From the NCBI GenBank assembly GCA_965223545.1, contig OZ245006.1:7776001-7840000 (forward strand): a stretch of 64,000 nt of DNA, in the 5' to 3' direction. The notes under the pieces were generated by a model. The model was not told the origin of the DNA and made no database searches. It was given only the letters and a program-made list of their open reading frames with translations. Of this stretch, positions 60,529 through 64,000 are shown piece by piece (within the stretch, counting starts at the first letter, position 1; every line of letters begins with the position of its first letter). The position numbers were made by a program, and so were the translations under genes. This stretch comes from Planctomycetota bacterium. GTDB taxonomy: Bacteria; Planctomycetota; UBA1135; UBA2386.

Positions 60529-63215
60529 TGGCGTCGGGTCTACTTGGAGCTGCTGGCGCGGCGATCAACCCTCTTGTGGGCGCTTTCGGTGCTGTGCTCG
60601 GGGCGATCATCGATCAAGAGGTCGGGATCTTTGGTGAGTCAGAGCGCATCCAGTTCGAGTCGTTCGCGCCGAGTCTGGCCGATGAGGGCACCGCCGAAAC
60701 GGTCGCGATTGGCTCGAGGAATCGCGTCGTAGGGCACTACGTCTACATCAGCGATGCCTACGGCAACGGTGGCGGCAAGGGCGGAGGAGGCGGCAGTGGA
60801 TACTTCGTTGATGCTGTCGTGGCTCTTGCTGCGAATGAGCAGCAGACGATCACTCGTCTGATGTTCGATTCGTCGACGGCCTACAGCACATACCCATTCT
60901 CCTCCGCGTTCTCTGGTCAAGACTTCACGATCAACTGGGACGCGCCCCAAGGTTGGGGCTTCGGCATCTTCAGCCAAGAGTGGTACCTCGCTCGATGGCA
61001 TGTGGAGTTCAAGTCGACGAGCCTAAGTAGCGCTGTCCAGGCGTTTGGAAACCTGCAGCCTGGGGCTCCCGTGGTTGTAACGGACGACTTGGGCAACAAT
61101 GGCGTTCCTACCGCCGCTGGCGAGACGTCGAGCTTGCACCCGAACGGGCTTTCGTTGGCCGTCGTCAAGTCGTACTTCGACTCCAACGGGTTTGGGACAC
61201 TGGTCCTGGACCTGCGCCCATGGTTCGTGGCGATGCGCAGTACCGGGACGATCGCATCCTGGGCATCCGGAGTCATTAGTCCAACAAGGCCCACTGTCTC
61301 ACCGAGCAATTATCCGTGGCAGGGCAACCAGGCCAACGGAGCCTGGACGTTTCAGGCGGGGGACACCTTCTGGCAGGCGTTCTCAGTCGACGCTCAGAAC
61401 GTCGAGTTCTTCCTGGGCAAGAATGAGCCTCAGGTTTCGACCAAGTGGCAACTACGAAACCTTGGTTCCGACCCCGCACCAGCCCTTCCAGGGATGTGCT
61501 ACGTGTTCTTGCCCCGGCTCGATATCGGCCCGTTCGGTCTGCGGCCGCCGAACATCCATGCCTTCGTGAACGAAGCGTACGACGAGAGTCAGGGTCCAGG
61601 GCAAGAGACAACTATCGGTGGGGCGATCGTCAAGATCACGGGTCTAGCCGGGATCCCGTCTTCCAACGTCGATGTCTCAGAGTTGCCGCCGGACCCGATC
61701 TACGGACTCCAGTGGCAGTCGACTGACGACCTTAAGAAGCCGCTCTCGGATCTGATGGTGATGCACGACGTGGCGGCCAGTGATCGAGGCGGCGTGCTAC
61801 GTTTTCATAGCCGATTCAGCAGGTCTCGTGTCGATCTCGATCCCGATCTGCTCGATGCCCGGCCTTTTGGGGATTCACCGGCCTCGCAGATGGTCGGCAT
61901 TTCAAATGGAAGCCTGGCTCACCTCCCGAGACGGGTCAACCTTCGCTACTACGACGTAGACCGCGACAACCAGTACGGTCTCCAGCACGGGTCACGAGAT
62001 GGTCTTGGGAAGGTGGGGGTCGACACCGAGCGGCGACTGATGCAGACGGGATTGGCTCTGGACTCCCAGTTCGCGAGCCGGGCCGCCCGCCGCATCGAGA
62101 ACGACCTCCACGAGAAGCGGCAGCGCTACCGCTTGATGCTGCCGACCTACTTCCTCAACCTCGAGGAGACCGACCTCTTCGAGTCGATCAAGCAGTACCA
62201 GGGCCGAGACTGGAAGCTCGAGATCGACGTCGTGCACATCCGCAACGACGGCTTGATCGAGGCCGAGTGCATCGCCCTCCGCGAGGATCCAGTCGTGCAG
62301 GCGGGGTCCAGCGGCCTCCGCACCGCGAGTCCCACGGCCGGCCAGCTCGAGTGGTCGCCGCTGGTCACCATCGAAGCGTTCGAGCTGAGCGGCTTCCGCG
62401 AGTACGAGGACGGCCGGTCCGGTGTCTACGTGGCTACGTCGCAGACGGCCGGCGACTGGCCTGCGTCGGAGATCTACCTGGTCGAAGATGGCGACGTTGG
62501 CAACGCGACCCCCGTTGGCACAGCCAAGCCCGGAACGATCGGATACTTGGTCGGCGGGACCCTCCTCAGCGGCGACGCGGTGCCGGGCGGCCTCGAGCTC
62601 GGGGCCAGCATTCGGGTGCAGCTCTACGCGGACGGTGAGCTGTCGTCACAGACCACCGACGCTGCCCTCGCGGGCAAGCAGATGGCGTTGGTCGGCCGAG
62701 AAGCGATCTCATGGACCAACGCCACGCTGCAAGAGGACGGCACCTACATCCTCACCGGCATCGTCCGCGGCATGTTGCGTTCAGCCGACGCGATCCCCAC
62801 GCACTACGTCGGCGAGCGCTTCGTGTTGCTCGATGAGCACGTCGTGTTTGTGCCAATCTCTGGCCACGACATTGGCGACTCTTTGACATTTGCTGCCGCG
62901 CCAAGCGACACGCAGTTGCCGCTCGCTCCACAGGCCATTGTTTCGCTCGAGGGCCTGCACGGAGGCACGTCAGGCTACGTGACGCTGACTGGCGAAGACT
63001 CTGGCAGCGCGGTAACGTCCGTGGACCTACACGACGGAAGCGAGCTGGGAGGCGTGTTTGCCAAGCCCGCGGTTGCGACCGGCGTGAGCGTGACATTCAA
63101 ACATTCGTCCGTCGATCCAGGTGCATTGGGCACCTGGACGGCTCGCTTGAAGAAGTGGAACCCAGAGACTGGAGCTTTCGAGGAGATGGCAAGCCTGGAG
63201 GTGAATACCTCCTGA
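60528..63215 (+). CDS. Central tail fibre / GTA megatron-like protein
   Basis: GGGKGGG, FG.R.PN, LPRRVNLRYYDVDRD.Q, VG.E.I, L.G..RG...H..GERFVLLD. Confidence 0.85.
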   Translation: MASGLLGAAGAAINPLVGAFGAVLGAIIDQEVGIFGESERIQFESFAPSLADEGTAETVAIGSRNRVVGHYVYISDAYGNGGGKGGGGGSGYFVDAVVALAANEQQTITRLMFDSSTAYSTYPFSSAFSGQDFTINWDAPQGWGFGIFSQEWYLARWHVEFKSTSLSSAVQAFGNLQPGAPVVVTDDLGNNGVPTAAGETSSLHPNGLSLAVVKSYFDSNGFGTLVLDLRPWFVAMRSTGTIASWASGVISPTRPTVSPSNYPWQGNQANGAWTFQAGDTFWQAFSVDAQNVEFFLGKNEPQVSTKWQLRNLGSDPAPALPGMCYVFLPRLDIGPFGLRPPNIHAFVNEAYDESQGPGQETTIGGAIVKITGLAGIPSSNVDVSELPPDPIYGLQWQSTDDLKKPLSDLMVMHDVAASDRGGVLRFHSRFSRSRVDLDPDLLDARPFGDSPASQMVGISNGSLAHLPRRVNLRYYDVDRDNQYGLQHGSRDGLGKVGVDTERRLMQTGLALDSQFASRAARRIENDLHEKRQRYRLMLPTYFLNLEETDLFESIKQYQGRDWKLEIDVVHIRNDGLIEAECIALREDPVVQAGSSGLRTASPTAGQLEWSPLVTIEAFELSGFREYEDGRSGVYVATSQTAGDWPASEIYLVEDGDVGNATPVGTAKPGTIGYLVGGTLLSGDAVPGGLELGASIRVQLYADGELSSQTTDAALAGKQMALVGREAISWTNATLQEDGTYILTGIVRGMLRSADAIPTHYVGERFVLLDEHVVFVPISGHDIGDSLTFAAAPSDTQLPLAPQAIVSLEGLHGGTSGYVTLTGEDSGSAVTSVDLHDGSELGGVFAKPAVATGVSVTFKHSSVDPGALGTWTARLKKWNPETGAFEEMASLEVNTS

Positions 63216-63225
63216 GTGCGAGTCA

Positions 63226-63681
63226 ATGGCATGGTACCAGGAAGGGAAGCTCGTCATCTTCGACGCTTCCGCGGACACGGATCCTCCCGTCAGTCTTCTG
63301 AGCGACACGATCAAGGTCGCCTTGATGAAGACGACCTACACGCCGTCGGCAACGACGGACGACCACTTCAACGACATCGCGGCCAGCGAGATCGTTGCAA
63401 CCGGCTACACGTCACGCGGGTTCGCGCTGGCGTCGAAGACGCTCGTGCGCGACGACGGCAATACCCGTGTCGAGTTCGATGCTGCCGATTCGGTCTTCAC
63501 AATCGGCAACGGCACGAATGACACCTTCGACAAGGTCGTCTACCTGCGAGAGACGCCGACCACAGCCTCCACGGACGCCAACTCGGTCCTTCTCGGCTGG
63601 GCAACGGTCGCTTCGACGACCACGAACGGCACGCAGATCACTCTCCAGTATGATGCTGAAGGCATCATGCGCGTCGCCTGA
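63226..63681 (+). CDS. Putative virion structural protein
   Basis: IKVALM..TYTPS...EI..TGYT..G..L...FDAAD...TNG..IT. Confidence 0.75.
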   Translation: MAWYQEGKLVIFDASADTDPPVSLLSDTIKVALMKTTYTPSATTDDHFNDIAASEIVATGYTSRGFALASKTLVRDDGNTRVEFDAADSVFTIGNGTNDTFDKVVYLRETPTTASTDANSVLLGWATVASTTTNGTQITLQYDAEGIMRVA

Positions 63682-63698
63682 ATCGGGGAGGAGAGGAG

Positions 63699-64000
63699 AT
63701 GGCGCAACCGAAGATCAACGACGCCTGCATGATCGACTGGCAGTTTCGTTACGACGAGCCGACGAAGCTGTGGGTCATCTGGCGGCGTGACAACACGGGC
63801 GGGGTGATCCAGGCCATGCACCTGGAGACGGATTGCCCCGTCCAATACCAAGGGCTGATGCACTACTGTCGCGCCGAGCTTCTGGTCGAGGGCGCGACGA
63901 ACAAGGGGTCGTCGGTGACATGCAGTCGGGCGAAGTTGCGTACCTTGGTGCTGCAGGAGCAGGTCGTGCACGTGCCGAAGATCGAGCTGACCGGCACTGT
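63699..64000 (+). CDS. Hypothetical protein (runs off the window)
   Basis: GAGGAG RBS, ATG at 63699, no stop before 64000. Confidence 0.5.
   Translation, partial: MAQPKINDACMIDWQFRYDEPTKLWVIWRRDNTGGVIQAMHLETDCPVQYQGLMHYCRAELLVEGATNKGSSVTCSRAKLRTLVLQEQVVHVPKIELTGT

Larger units (their letters stand above)
1..64000. mobile_element. Tailed dsDNA phage/prophage segment (siphovirus-like, GTA-type tail tip); both ends run off the window
   Basis: Ordered TerS-TerL-portal-minor head-scaffold-MCP-adaptor-tail tube-chaperone-TMP-DUF2460-DUF2163-NlpC/P60-central tail module plus phage early genes; no host operons seen. Confidence 0.95.

Noticed and set aside
1..64000. Integrase/att sites, lysis genes, tRNAs, reverse transcriptase/DGR, IS elements
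   Set aside because: No supporting motifs were recognised; they may lie outside the window, so lifestyle cannot be settled here.

Overview
The whole window is part of a GC-rich tailed dsDNA phage or prophage genome with a siphovirus-type tail and GTA-like tail tip. No integrase, att site, lysis cassette or tRNA was recognised. Layout: (1) 1-14.6 kb is a translationally coupled run of small early genes: HNH-AP2 nuclease, DPPY methylase, sulfotransferase, ASCH, MmcB-like nuclease, RNA-ligase-like protein, replication initiator with iterons and a dual-frame C5 methylase. (2) 14.7-17.4 kb is the standout locus: a solo Cas7/RAMP-like gene followed by two non-coding arrays built from CGC-NN pentamers. 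The arrays form about 10 discrete ~75-110 nt units. Two units share 11 consecutive NN dinucleotides while their spacer triplets have drifted, which points to a candidate RNA-guided system with a non-contiguous code and no CRISPR array. (3) 17.5-27.6 kb holds glycan-active cargo, an inverted DnaG module and a 1534-aa glycanase/virion protein. (4) 27.7-35.3 kb is a second early operon (YqaJ plus annealing protein, DUF5131, truncated CysRS). (5) 35.4-64 kb covers packaging, head and tail genes, with about 12 accessory genes inside the head module and a Panacea-Doc TA pair between two DUF2460 paralogues. All family calls are by motif recognition only; no searches were run.
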